Source: Perkinsus chesapeaki ATCC PRA-425
Lineage: Eukaryota; Protista; Perkinsozoa
NCBI GenBank assembly: GCA_013115145.1
Contig: JAAPAO010000009.1
Span: 1 to 64,000 of the forward strand
Direction: 5' to 3'
DNA: 64,000 nt
This document shows, piece after piece, positions 24,489-36,652 of the stretch. Both the position numbers and the translations under genes were made by a program. Below the pieces are notes generated by a model. The model was given only the letters and a program-made list of their open reading frames with translations, ran no database searches and was not told the DNA's origin. How positions within the stretch are numbered: position 1 is the stretch's first letter; every line of letters starts with the position of its first letter.

Positions 24489-24589
24489 GGTTTCGACAGT
24501 GTTAACTAAATTATGAGGATTGCACACAGTCCTAGCCCCACATTAGGAAGTAACGCGTACTACAGACTGACACGTTAACAACGTGACGT

Positions 24590-24921
24590 TGTTACCTTCA
24601 TGGTCTTCACTAAGCCATTCTCCATTAAGCACCATCTTCCGGTGTAGTCCAATTCGTCCACTGCCAACTGGTCCAGTGTGCGTTAGGAGGTGAGTTGGCA
24701 CTGGACGAATTGGGATACACCCCCATCTTCTCCCCACCAGGCGTCGCTTCGGAGTGAATTCGCGTAGCCAGGCTGTTCAGAAGGGAATCGTTCGCACTCC
24801 CACCAACGTAGCGATCAGCGATGCAGTAATGAAGGGAATTGATTCACCTTCCTTGTGTTCACGTGTCCACACAAGGAAGATACCAAAGACCATTGGCCCA
24901 ATTGCAGAACCTACGCACGAG
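24590..24921 (-). pseudogene. Partial tandem duplicate of the last exons of the MFS transporter gene
   Basis: 24796-24921 closely matches 25497-25622 (VGSAIGPMVFGIFLVWTREHKEGESxPFI). The terminal exon copy (HSEATPGGEKM..VLNGEWLSED vs YSESTPGMEEMM..MLNDEYLSEE) is split by a MITE. Confidence 0.8.
24640..24722. mobile_element. 83-bp MITE-like element with ~29-bp imperfect TIRs and an 8-bp TSD (hAT-like)
   Basis: GGTGTAGTCCAATTCGTCCACTGCCAACT (24641-24669) is the inverse of AGTTGGCACTGGACGAATTGGGATACACC (24693-24721) with 3 mismatches; CCATCTTC occurs at 24632-24639 and 24723-24730. Confidence 0.8.
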
Positions 24922-25319
24922 TCGGTGCTATCTAATAGAGCTGCTCACCAGACTGGTGACACTGGGGACACCAGTGATACACAGTCTAGCTCGCACAGAC
25001 AATTGTGTGGCAACAAAAATAGACAAACGAGGAACCGACTCCGGCTCGAACTGTACCGCCAGGCAATCGTGCTTCCCAAATCACGGTGGGCCTCGATGGA
25101 CCCCAGGTGTCTACTCGACCACGGAGGCTTGACCACGAAGGAACGTGTTGTACAGACGGACCCGTTCAAGCGCTGCTACTTGAAGTGGCTCTTATGTGAG
25201 ACTAAACATTCAGCTTTAGACCGTTCATGTCGAGATGCCTGCTGCCCCTTATGAGGCCTTTTCGCGTCTTGAATACTTCCGTAACACAATGCACTTGACC
25301 CTGGCAGTGATAATAAAAG

Positions 25320-26883
25320 TTAACCATTATCTTCATCCTCTTCACTAAGATATTCGTCATTAAGCATTCTCTCCCGAGCCATCATCTCCTCCATACCAGG
25401 CGTCGATTCGGAGTAGATCTGGATAGCCTTAGGTAGGCGGAAGTATACGAGGACCTGCACGAGGCTTTCAATACACTATAAAAGAGAATCTGACATACTC
25501 CCGCCAATGTAGCAATCAGCGATGCAACAATGAAGGGAGTTGATTCACCTTCCTTGTGTTCACGTGTCCACACAAGGAAGATACCAAAGACCATTGGCCC
25601 AATTGCAGAACCTACACACGAGCGAAGTCTCACTGCTACCCAATGGAGCTGCTCACCAATCCCTCCGACTGAATTATTAGCGGCCATAGCAGTGCCGGCC
25701 ATACCGGATGGCGTGTAGTCGGCTATCAAGGCCGCGATTGCAGATGAACCTAACACCACCATAAGCTGGTTTAGAAACACGCGAGGCTCCTACCAAGCAT
25801 GGCAGGTCCCGCTAGAGTAGCCCCGAACAGAGCGACATCCACCGAGTTAGCAACCGCGTAAACTAGATAATGTGAGACGTAACAGACCAGAGCGAGAAGC
25901 AGTATCCGCTGCGGTTTCCATTCGCACTCGTTCTGAAGGAAGCGCAGGAGGAGTGTGCTACATAGAAGACCGCTGATGCCAATGCAAGCCGCAAAGAGAG
26001 CTCGTTGAAGAGCAGTAAAACCTAAGGCTGATTGAAGATAAGAATTAATAGACTGAGATATGCCCGAGTCGGCCACGGCGATGGTGAGCCGAACCTCAAG
26101 GCATGTCCGCAGAACTATAGTAGCCCTAGGGGGGAGGTGCAACCAATCGAATGGGCGGGGGCGAGACCGAGAGCCGAATGTCGGATCTCTGGCTCCTGGA
26201 TGAGACTCTGGCAGAACGGCAACCGTGTAGATGGCAGAACCAACGCAGAGAAGTGCCCAAAGGTGGACGATGGTGAAGCTGTGGATTTCAGCGCCTAGCA
26301 TGGGGAAGACTAGCAAGCCCGAGAGGGACAGGGCCATTAGGGCACCGTAGATTCTCATACGGCGTTGAGGCTGAGGGCAGCAGTCCACAACATAGGCGTT
26401 TAGGAGAGGGAACCGGGCGTACTCGGGACCGACTCCAGCAAGGCTGACGAGGACTTCAAGGACAAAATAACCTATCATGTGGGAGACACCAGTCTTGAGG
26501 GCAGACAGGGAGAGCCATAACGGGGGCACCGCTGCCAGAATTGAGTTAACGACGAAGTACCTAGGACATGATACTGGCGGGTGAATGAAAGAATATACTT
26601 GAGCTTACATTCTTCTTCTGGCAAGAGAGTCCGAGTATGCCCCAACTAGCGGACCGGTGAAGCAGCTTATCAGGGCCGAGACGCTCACGGTAACCACACT
26701 CCACAGCAGCTGAACGTCATTGCAGTCACTCGAAGATTGACACCAGCCAATTCTTCTGAAGTACTCTTCTTTGATTTCTATAAGTACCGGTGATACCAGG
26801 GCCATGCCCCAGAAGACAGGCAAGACAGAGGGGCATATTAGCCAGGGGCTTGGGGGTGGAGGAGGGAGATGCGCCGAAGGCAT
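25320..26883 (-). CDS. Major facilitator superfamily transporter (TetA/MFSD14-like), multi-exon
   Basis: Multiple hydrophobic helices; motif-A-like GPLVGAYSDSLARR; AYVVDCCPQPQRRMRIYGAL; AVLPESHP; acidic tail EYLSEEDEDNG*. Confidence 0.8.
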
Positions 26884-27169
26884 GGTCACCCCGACAGAAC
26901 TATTCGATTTGGCAACTATACACAGCCTACCGTAGAAGATCAGGAGTGCGTAACACTAGGAAGGATTCGCTCAAGTCCACATTAGGATGAGCCGACAGTA
27001 ATGACAACTCAAGAAGATTCTTGACACCAATGAAAGGAAACCTCCCTAATAGAAGCAATCAATTATATGGCCGATGTAGCAGCGACCGTTCGTGCTGCAA
27101 GAAGGCGTGTAATGCTACATTCAGTGTACGGTTATCATTATCAACTGATGTTTTCGCTACGTTGGGAGG

Positions 27170-29935
27170 TTAGGACTGTGTAGGCATGAAGGATATCTGC
27201 ACCTTAGAGTTTATGGCATCGGGGCCGCACTCCTCGTATCTGAGGGAGCCAGTATTGGGAGGGCCGTTCGGGGCTCCTTTACTCTTCCTTTGAAAGCCAT
27301 CGATCTTCGAAACTGTCCTTAAGGGAGGCGAAGGCGCTGCCTCCTATCCAGGCCGCCCAGTCTGGGTGCCGATGGGCCTTCTCGACATGAACCTACAGTA
27401 ACGCACTGATAGATCATGCGGGGGGGGGGGAGAGACCGACTTGTGGATTCCTGTTGTGGGAGCGACCTGCTGCCGAAACCGTCCTGGAGAACTTCACGGA
27501 ATGTTCAACCTCCGAGCGCAAGCGCTCTGCAAAGCCTCGGAACTGGGACGTGCCCCCTGAGTAGCTCAGCATACTCATGTGCGAGGCTGCGCCGCCGCCG
27601 CCGCGCCCAACCTGCGAGAATTATCTTCTTATAAAGCTTCAACTTGTCATCGATGGGGCAGTCTTCGATAGATTCAACCACCATCTCGCCTATACCACTG
27701 CCCTCTATTCCGAGGAGGTGCGGATGAAACAAGGACTCAGGAACCTGACAGAGAAGGTATCGATCGGCACCGGAGGTAGGTCGGCAAGCACCTTCCATTT
27801 GTCATCAGCCATGTCGATGGCAGTGCCGTCGGGAAGGGTTATCCTGGGGGACTCGGATTCTGCTTCATACCGATTTTCGTCGAAATCGTCGTCAGTATCA
27901 TGCCACCCGGACCGGCAGTAACACACAGACTCCTTCAACCGACGTAGCTGACCATTTGAGTGTCGAATGATAATCAGCGCATTTGCATCTGTTTTAAAAA
28001 CTTCGAAATTTCCTTCACGACTCGTCCGTCATGTTTATATCCTCCCAAGTTGTGATAGGTATGAGCTTGTCCCGGATATCATACGGCATGGGGATACAGA
28101 AACAGCCGCCAACGGGGTTTTGCCGCTGGAAAATGTTTTTTTCCAATAATACATAATACAGTGCCCAGATTTAGCCGTTCCTGGACGTTTCCTATCAGAG
28201 CTTGGTTGAAAATCGGCTCGGTGCGAATAGTAAAAAAGCTCGAGGGAAGTTATAAGCCTTTGCCATCAGGGACATTGAGAAACAGTTGTCAGGTAGTCAA
28301 TGACGCACCTTTAGTCTGTCTCGTGTCGTAGTGAGCCGCAGGTCAGCCCGTCTGGCTAGCCGCTCGGCGAACTGAACATCGAGGTCGGCCCCACCGAGAT
28401 AGAGCTTCCGGATGCCGCTGGTCACAACGCACCTGAATTCAGAGCTTTTTACATGTGGTAAAGGACAAGCAATCCTAACACTGCGTATCCAACAAGGCCG
28501 ATAAGATTTTGGTCAAACTCGAGGCAAATACTTACCCATGGGAAATAGGCACCACACTAGTCATGGCCTCTCCAGCGTCGACCACGATGCCGTCCTGCCA
28601 ACCTAGGAGCAACTGTCATGTCGATGTGGAAGGAAGAGATGACCTGTCCCAACGAGGGCGGCTACCTCCTTGACGGAGATATTCAAGCTCGGCACTCCAA
28701 GCTCCTCAAACAGCATCTCGGTCTGAAAGACGTGGAGTGCATGGGTGAAGCTAGGATATGCTCTACAGCTTTCTCTCTAATTGATGCCGGATTATAGACC
28801 GGCTCGGTCAGGAGCAGCGGTTGATCCCTAGGGTCAATCTGAATCGAGTGGAGCTCCGAGACACCCCCTTGTGGCGGGTCACCTTGAGGCATTCACGGTA
28901 AACGTATTCGAGGAGGCTGCCAACAGCGTCCGTGTCGGTATAGACACCTTCATTAACCGGATAAGCCAGCCGGAGTGGCTCTCCCTTAAGAACCGACGCA
29001 ACCTGCACGTTAAGGGTAAGACGGGTGGATGGGGATAGACTACAGCGTCGGCTCCGAAGCAGGGAGCGTGCGTACTATCTATGAAACCGTCGAGCTCGGA
29101 CCAGCAGTTCCGTGGTGGGGCATTGGTTCGTCGCTGACCGACAACACCTGAAACCAGACAGCCTTAGGGAAGTGTATCTCTGCGAGAATCGACGTAGAGA
29201 CTTAGAATGCCTTATCTAGTTCCTAAGACATCCTCAGTTAGGATTTCTAATAGTGAATTTATATACCAGTCATTTAACCTAAATATAACTATCCAAGCAC
29301 CGACAGATTTCCCACTTTATATCAAAGTGCAAAGAGGGAGTAAGGCTTCATCAGTAGTGCCGTTTCCCCGGCAATCGATTAACTACAGGGTGTCCCAAAA
29401 CATGTGCTTTTCCGAATAACTTCCTGAGGAGGGCAAATATTTCGAAGGCATGTGCGACGTTTGAAAGCCCTCGAGAAGGACTTCCTAAGGTATACGGCCC
29501 ATGACGATATTCGATCGGGTTGGAAAGAACTTTGGATTTGAAAATTCCCAAATCGGCTGTCTGCTGAGAGGTGGTTCATTTTAGAGTACCTTTAAATGGG
29601 ACACCTCAACGACAGCTAAAGGTTCCTTATTACCACCTCTAAGCAGGGTGGTATGGGACAATTTTTACAAGGGAAAACCTGACCTCTTCCGTTGAAACCG
29701 ATTTTATTGGATTTCAAATATTCAAATTTCTCGCCAGCCCGATCGAATACCATCATGGGCCGTATACCGTTAGGAAGTCATTCTCGAGGGCAAGATGTAC
29801 ATATTCCCCAACCATATTACTTGGTATCTCAACTGATGGTCTAATATGTCGGCCGGTGACGGCCAACCCTGCTCTTGTCTTGCTGGAACCACAGTCTATT
29901 ACGACTGGGCAGGCGGAGGTGGAGCCATTATACAT
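27170..29935 (-). CDS. Actin-related / actin-like protein, multi-exon, with an unusually long first intron
   Basis: Exon 1 MYNGSTSACPVVIDCGSSKTRAG..PSVEIP; YPVNEGVYTDTDAVGSLLEYVY; QPLLLTEPVYNPASIREK; GIVVDAGEAMTSVVPISHG; AAWIGGSAFASL..WLSKEEYEECGPDAINSK. These are the actin phosphate-1, phosphate-2 and C-terminal motifs, but too divergent for conventional actin. Confidence 0.82.
29467..29791. mobile_element. 325-bp foldback/MITE-like element with ~90-bp imperfect inverted arms, in intron 1 of the actin-like gene
   Basis: 29467-29556 (GCCCTCGAGAAGGACTTCCTAAGGTATACGGCCCATGA...) is the reverse complement, with mismatches, of 29698-29791. No clear TSD. Confidence 0.7.
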
Positions 29936-30625
29936 GATAGCTACTCACAATGAGCTGTGGGGCAACTATGGGGCAGATGACCAACTTTTTGCAATATAAA
30001 CTCGACGGGATCGACAGTGAAATTAAACTAGTAAATTGCGAATGGGAATCACTCATGCTTAGATGGGGCATCATTGCCGCGACTATACGGACTACGCAAT
30101 CAACTTTTCTACGTTCGATGTGACGACGCTGGAATCAATCCAGGCTTCCTAGGAAAACCCCACCTACTGCAGTGGTCTCAGCCGGACTTAGGCTCGGACT
30201 TGAGTCTCCTACTCAAGCATGATGTTCTTACCACTACTTACCACCGGATTAGCAACGTTGGCTTGTAATTTAAGTGACCATTTCCTCTAAGTTGAGGGAC
30301 CTAACTTTAGCAGTCCCGTGAAAGTAACTAGAGAGAGGTATGGTGCATTTCTACAATTCTATGCCCCCGTCTGGCTATCCTGTCGTTGAGGGCTCATTTT
30401 CAGAAGTTCTTTTGCACCGGAACTGGCCTCAAATGTGACGGGAGTGGAGTAAGTTAGAGCTCAAGTGAGCTGCGCAACGAAAACACGCCACTTGCTCACC
30501 AATGGCGAGTCACCGTGAGTCGTCCCATGTAAACCCCAACCCCTTGGCTCGGTTGGCAGATACTGAAAAACCAAGACGATGTTCTCTTGCCGCGAGTTTC
30601 GAGTTTCCGTGGGGATAGATTGGAA

Positions 30626-31108
30626 ATGTTAACTTCACTACAGATGCAGTTTCGAGAAAGTTAGGAATGGAACCGAGAGACGAGATAGCGGTTTCAAATA
30701 TTTGGGAAGTAACTTCGAACATATGTATTCAGAGAAGATATTATAGCGTTGACACGGCTCTAGTGTTTGACGACGGCAGAACGATACTAAAAAGTGGGAT
30801 GGAGACAGTAGAGGCTATCGATGAGTAAAATGATCTAACTAAGTTCCCCGTTCGTGCGTAGAGGCAGAAGAGGCTTACTATCCTTTAAATAACATGGAGT
30901 TATTGATAATCATATTATAGCCAGGACTCCCTTTCACATGTTAGCCTCCTATAAACCTTAGCATTCATGCGATATCCACTTATTCTCTTACCATATTACT
31001 TGGTATCTCAACTGATGGTCTTATGTGCCTGCCAGTGACGGCCAACCCTGCTCTTGTCTTGCTGGAACTACAGTCTATTACGACTGGACAGGCGGAGGAG
31101 CCATTATA
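30626..31108. repeat. Segmental duplicate block A, including actin-like exon-1 copy B on the minus strand
   Basis: Near-identical to 35855-36188 plus 36365-36511. Confidence 0.9.
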
Positions 31109-32489
31109 AGACAAAACAAGTGCCTGCTGGGACATCCTTGCTGCCAGAATGCTACAGAATGCTGCAGAGAAAAGGCCAACTCCTTGGAGTTTCGCAGCGC
31201 GGGCGAATTCGCCAGAGACCCGGGTACCATTCGAAAGCTCTGGGCACGGTCTTTCTAATGCCGTATGAAATATCACCACTTCGACATTCGTATTGTACCC
31301 CGAACCACAACTGATCGTAAAATGCCTACATAGAGTAATATGCTTCCGGATTTTACTTTCAGTATTCTTAATTGTCGAAAGAGTCAACTGAGCCAGATGC
31401 AGCATGATTTCACCTTCTGTCTACAGTAAGACATGTCATTTTGGGGAGCGATTGTCACATTGCAATCGCGTGAATTTGAAGATCAGCATATCGATGCCAA
31501 TGGCGTCACGCCACGAGGAGGACCTGATTTACACCCAACTCTAGACCTGATCGCGGAAAATACCTATTTCCTTTCGGTGAGGGCATTTCGGTCTGCAGCC
31601 AACCCATTCTGTAGAGAAGGGCGTAGTAATTGTATTCCGGCTTACCGAATGTACCTTGGATGCTAGCTCAGATCGACGCGGGAGACGCGCCAAACAGGGC
31701 ACTCGTTGCAAGATGTCACATTTCGGTAACAGACTTTGCCGAGAGCAGCTCCTCTCGCTTATAGCGTCCGGGGAGTAGAGTGATGGGGGACAATAGCTTT
31801 TGAATTTGTAGCTTCGAATACTCAACCGTTACAGGAGGTAATGTAGGATGCGCTGTTGCGCTAGCGTCTTAGCTCTGGTGCCAGGTTTTCGACCCTTAAT
31901 ACTTCTTGTGGATCACATACACGTTATCTCAGGCTGAGATTTTGCACAAGTGACCTCCATGTACTAAAGGTATTACCATGCTGAATATGAGGAAAGCTTA
32001 ACTGCCATTTCCTACTACGGTCGGTGGCTTCCTGCACGCGCGCTATCTAGCCTAGATAATCTAGGCGAGAGCGCGCAGAGGCCTCAAAATAGCGTCTACA
32101 GGTTTTTACAGGGCAGGACAGAGTCGAGTAATGATCTAGTCACACTGCTTGCCATTGGCAGCCAATGTTCTATCAAAAGTTGGAGTTGCTAGTCGTATAC
32201 AACAAGATGCTTGTTGTTAGAGCAGTGAAGCTACACGCCCTTTCCTGGTCACCTAAGCGCGGGGCCATCATACAAGCTGCGGGGAACTAACGGAACCTGA
32301 TCAATTGTACTTGATAGTCGAGTCCCGGCGTCCAGCTCGGACAGAGCGGTTATGATCGTATGGTTCTCTCGTCCGGGATAAGTTTTCCCTAGCTGTCTTG
32401 TCCCCCGTTGAATTCGAGAAGCAACGCCCACAGTATATAAGCCTTCTTGTATATCTTTTTCAATCAAGCTGAATCTTATAACAGAACCG

Positions 32490-32939
32490 ATGGGTCCCGT
32501 TGGATCATTCTCTCTTTCAGTTAGGTGTGAAATCCTTTATTTGACCGCCTCCTTTCATCTCGAACCCCACGAAGGCCGCACTGATCGAGGACGTGCAAGG
32601 TTCCTTGTAATGGGTCTCGTCCAGGGCACTGGGCGAGCTGTCGAGTACACCAGAGATAGAGACAACAATTTGGTATTCAACTGGGCACCTGGCGAACGTG
32701 AGTCTTTCATCGATGCTATCGACGGACTGGGGATCCCCGGTTTTGAAATTCCCCAAAATGCGTTTCTGGTGGCACGACCCGCTTTAGAGGGATCCCCCTC
32801 CGTTGTGGGTTATCAACTTGTACCATTCTACGATCAGCCTTTAATGGCCCATGTTCCTGTCAATAGTGACAGGTGCAGTGGCAGCAGCTACGGCATGCAG
32901 TGTTCGAAAGTTCTACCCGTAATATCTACAGTAACGTAG
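32490..32939 (+). CDS. Hypothetical 149-aa ORF
   Basis: Longest ORF in this island, with globular-looking composition and no recognised motif. Confidence 0.25.
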   Translation: MGPVGSFSLSVRCEILYLTASFHLEPHEGRTDRGRARFLVMGLVQGTGRAVEYTRDRDNNLVFNWAPGERESFIDAIDGLGIPGFEIPQNAFLVARPALEGSPSVVGYQLVPFYDQPLMAHVPVNSDRCSGSSYGMQCSKVLPVISTVT

Positions 32940-33620
32940 AAGCAACTCAGTGTCTCTGTGAAGTGAGTTTGAATGTTACACTTCGGCCATTCTATATGTT
33001 ACAGAGCAGTGCCCACAGCCGAGAAGGCTCGGCGGTGCAAACATAGATTATTTAACCGATTCATGTACGTCAGCTACTGTCGCCCAAATCTTGTTCAACA
33101 ATTGGGTATAATCCCGGTGTCGCGTTCGTCAATCCCGGACGTTCCTCTTGTCGCTGTTCGCCCCAATAACAATATACCAGTGTTACCCCCGACAGACCTT
33201 CCAATGATAGCCTTCTCATACAAAATTTGAATGCCTTGAACGAAAACTGGGACTACATACGAGGCCAGTGGGAGTCTTACTGTGGGACTAATACTAGATC
33301 GTTTTCTCTTGATAACACATCTGAGGTTGTGTTAGTGTCGTTGAAAATGAGTTTCCACGTGCACGTTACTAGCTTACAATTTACCCTGACTAATCCCTCG
33401 GTGACCGCTAGTCTCAGCCGTTATTGTGGCCTTCAAATCAGTGGTGAAGCCTCTGACTCAAAGCGGGACTCTTGTGGAACCATCCCGAAGCCACAGCGAT
33501 CTTTAGATTGGATTGGAAAGAAACCGCGAGGAAATCTTATCGTGGATATTAGATAGATATCAATCAACCAAACACTGAGCTTTCACAACAAGGTAAGCTC
33601 AGATACATGTAACACCTCAG

Positions 33621-34023
33621 GGCCGGTATGCGGATCCAGATCCACACGTGCTCTTGAGAAAAAGATCACGAAAAAAGATCAACGCAATGTTTCTCTGGCG
33701 TGATCCTGATCTTTTAGCTCAGATCGATAAATTTGGGATCATGTAGCATGATCATAGATCATTCGGATGATCTGTGGATCACACCACTCATGATCCTGTC
33801 AGTTTTAGATCAGGATCGCAGATCATGGATCAACGACACAAGATTGATAGATCACTGGTACCGCACAAATTGTATGAATCACTCCGTCGGAGCGATGCCC
33901 AGTCACTTCTTAGTGCTTACTAATAGCAGCCTACTGCTACAGCTAATGCTAGTAGTACTACTATTACTCATAGTGAGTGATCCGGACCATCGGCTAGATC
34001 CATAGATCATCCGCATACCGGCC
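33621..34023. mobile_element. 403-bp MITE with perfect 15-bp TIRs and a CAG 3-bp TSD (PIF/Harbinger-like), GATC-dense interior
   Basis: GGCCGGTATGCGGAT ... ATCCGCATACCGGCC; CAG at 33618-33620 and 34024-34026; 21 GATC sites counted inside. Confidence 0.8.
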
Positions 34024-34685
34024 CAGGTGCGACACCTGCGACAGGTGCGGTCCTGCGCTGAAAAACAAAGGTCTAGTATTAGCAAAATGGACGACACCGT
34101 AGTTAAAATAGATATCGGGGATGCAGGTATACTAGTCATTACCCAGGTGTGTGTCCGTAAAGTTTGGAAGAGCTATAGTGTGTATCAAATGCATTGACTT
34201 CACGATCAAACCGTATACTCCTGGGCCACGTCTTCTTTATCAGATAAGTTTTTGAGAGCCGCCTAAGTTCTCCCCCAAACAGGTTACCCAATTTTGGTAT
34301 GAAATATACCGAATCAGAATCATTCTGTCAGAATGTTTCATGAACAACGACATCTTGAACCTGGCGACCGAAGAGCGAGCTACTGTCGTATACTTATTTA
34401 TGAAGCCCTCGTTATGAAGGGCCCTGAATCAGTGGCCTGGCCATTGTGGCCAAACTTAGACCTGGTTATCATGTTTGAAGTGATACTCTCGGAGGCTCGG
34501 TCGAAACCACAGAATATATAGCCCTACTTCCTGTGTATAAAGTGAGCAACGGGCAAGAAGGTGAGATAAACAAATCAAGCGTAACATTGGCTCCAATAAA
34601 CTTGAGATGAACTCCCTGTTAGTGCCTCAAGTGATCTCCCTCTCTAATGGGGCAATGAGCTTATTCCAGCCCCAAACCGTACTAC

Positions 34686-34890
34686 TTGGTATCTCAAGCC
34701 CGACCAGCCACGACCAAACCTGCTATTGTCTTGCTGGATCCACAGTCTATTACGACTGGCCAGCAGAGAAGCCATGATACCAAAGACTAACTGAAGTCGA
34801 GCACCTACTCTATGTCACTTTGACGCGACTCAATCGGGCACGACATGAAACTTGTGAAATTTATTGAGAATGACCTCTCCGCACTGAGCT
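34686..34890 (-). pseudogene. Decayed copy C of actin-like exon 1 plus its upstream region
   Basis: Reads WPVVIDCGSSKTIAGLVVAGRA*, with the ATG out of frame; upstream 34785-34890 resembles 36520-36640. Confidence 0.75.
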
Positions 34891-35854
34891 AACGTCGGGG
34901 CAAATCGGAGTAGCAATCACTGCAGGAAAGGATTGGGAAGTGCCTCGCGCAGTTCGCTTTTGTAAGACACACCGAACAACGAGGTGCATATAGTATCCGC
35001 CAGACTCTGGCGGCCTAGGCCTGGCGGCCAGAGCTGGATCACGTCGGTACGAAGCCACAAGTGCAGGCGACCTCGCAACTGCAAAATATAATCGACGACT
35101 CTACATCGCGGTGGCATATTCATGCAGGAAGTGACTAACTCCTCTTGACCAGCAAGAATATGTCTGCAGCCCACCAATATGGAAGAGGGCAACGACACCG
35201 TTGAGCGAGTCCTGTAGGTGGATCACTTGAACTCAAGAACAGAGCTCTTGAACAACTCTGATGATTGGTGATCGAGTCGAGTCCGATCGATCAAAGAGGC
35301 ACTAGCCTCAACCACCAAAAAGCGTAGCAATCAGGCAAAGTGTGAGGAACACCACTACCAAACAAAGGCAAGTCCATAGACCCATGGATCAACTATATGA
35401 AAACATTGCAGGAAACTCCGGGAAGAGTCTCGAGCAACACCCCGAGAGCTGAGACGCGAGGCACACGTACGGGTATAGGTGCCCGTTACAGCCCTCTCTG
35501 GTCGAGCATTGTTCATGTTTTTTGACCATAGCTAACACAATAAAGTTTGCTCCAAAACGACCTAAGTGGCTTCATCCACTCAGAAGTCAGTAAGTGCTTT
35601 TTTCATGGCGAAACTCGGTTGGATGCCAAGCAGTACCAAAAACGACAGTACCAACTGCGAGCAAGCACCTTGGAAGGGCGTCGAACCACGCGAAAGAGGA
35701 GGGCGTTGTAAGGCGACTTATTCTGCCTACAGCAAATTAATTGTGCCCGAAGCTTCCGGAAGTTCCGAATTGGAGCGCTGTCACTCGGAGTATTCAAGTG
35801 CTACATCAGGTGATACAAGGTGCGCTGTGACACTGGCATCTCATTTCATATGAG

Positions 35855-36519
35855 ATGTTAACTTCGCTACAGATGCAGTTTCGAGAAAGATAGGAATGGA
35901 ACCGAGAGACGAGATAGCGGTTTCAAATATTTGGGAAGTAACTTCGAACATGTGTATTCAGAGAAGATATTATAGCGTTGACACGGCTCTAGTGTTTGAC
36001 GACGGCAGAATGATGCTGAAAACGGGGATGGAGACTGTAGAGGCTATCGATGAGTAAAATGATCTTACTAAGTTCCCCGTTCGTGCGTAGAGGCAGAAGA
36101 GGCTTACTATCCTTTAAATAACATGGAGTTATTGATAATCATATTATAGCCAGGACTCCCTTTCACATGTTAGCCTCCTATAAACCTTCGCTAAGAATAC
36201 TACTACCCGACTCTTTAATTGTGGACCATTAGGAAAGGATGAGAGCCGAAACTTGAATGGGTAGGTTGCGAGTGATGAATATAGAGAAACGCTCGCTCTA
36301 AACCTCGATATAAAGATTATTTGTATCGAGTGACCGACAATCATGCGCACTATAATTCATGCTTAGCATTCATGCGATATCCACTTATTCTCTTACCATA
36401 TTACTTGGTATCTCAACTGATGGTCTTATGTGCCTGCCAGTGACGGCCAACCCTGCTCTTGTCTTGCTGGAACTACAGTCTATTACGACTGGACAGGCGG
36501 AGGTGGAGCCATTGTACAT
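35855..36519. repeat. Segmental duplicate block B, including intact actin-like exon-1 copy D on the minus strand (36405-36519)
   Basis: Matches 30626-31108 apart from a ~175-bp extra segment (36189-36364) bounded by CTT microhomology. Confidence 0.9.
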
Positions 36520-36652
36520 GATATCAACGACTAGGTCTGACTCGAGTCCGATAACCTACTTTATGTGACTTCAACACCACTCAACCGAGAGCGACATGAA
36601 ACTAGTAAAATTTGATGAGAACGACTTCTCCACATTGAGCCTCACATGACAA

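Noticed and set aside
33633-33853. GATC cluster as a bacterial oriC or contaminant
   Set aside because: No DnaA boxes or 13-mer DUE were recognised, the flanks are continuous eukaryotic sequence, and the TIRs plus TSD explain it better as a MITE.
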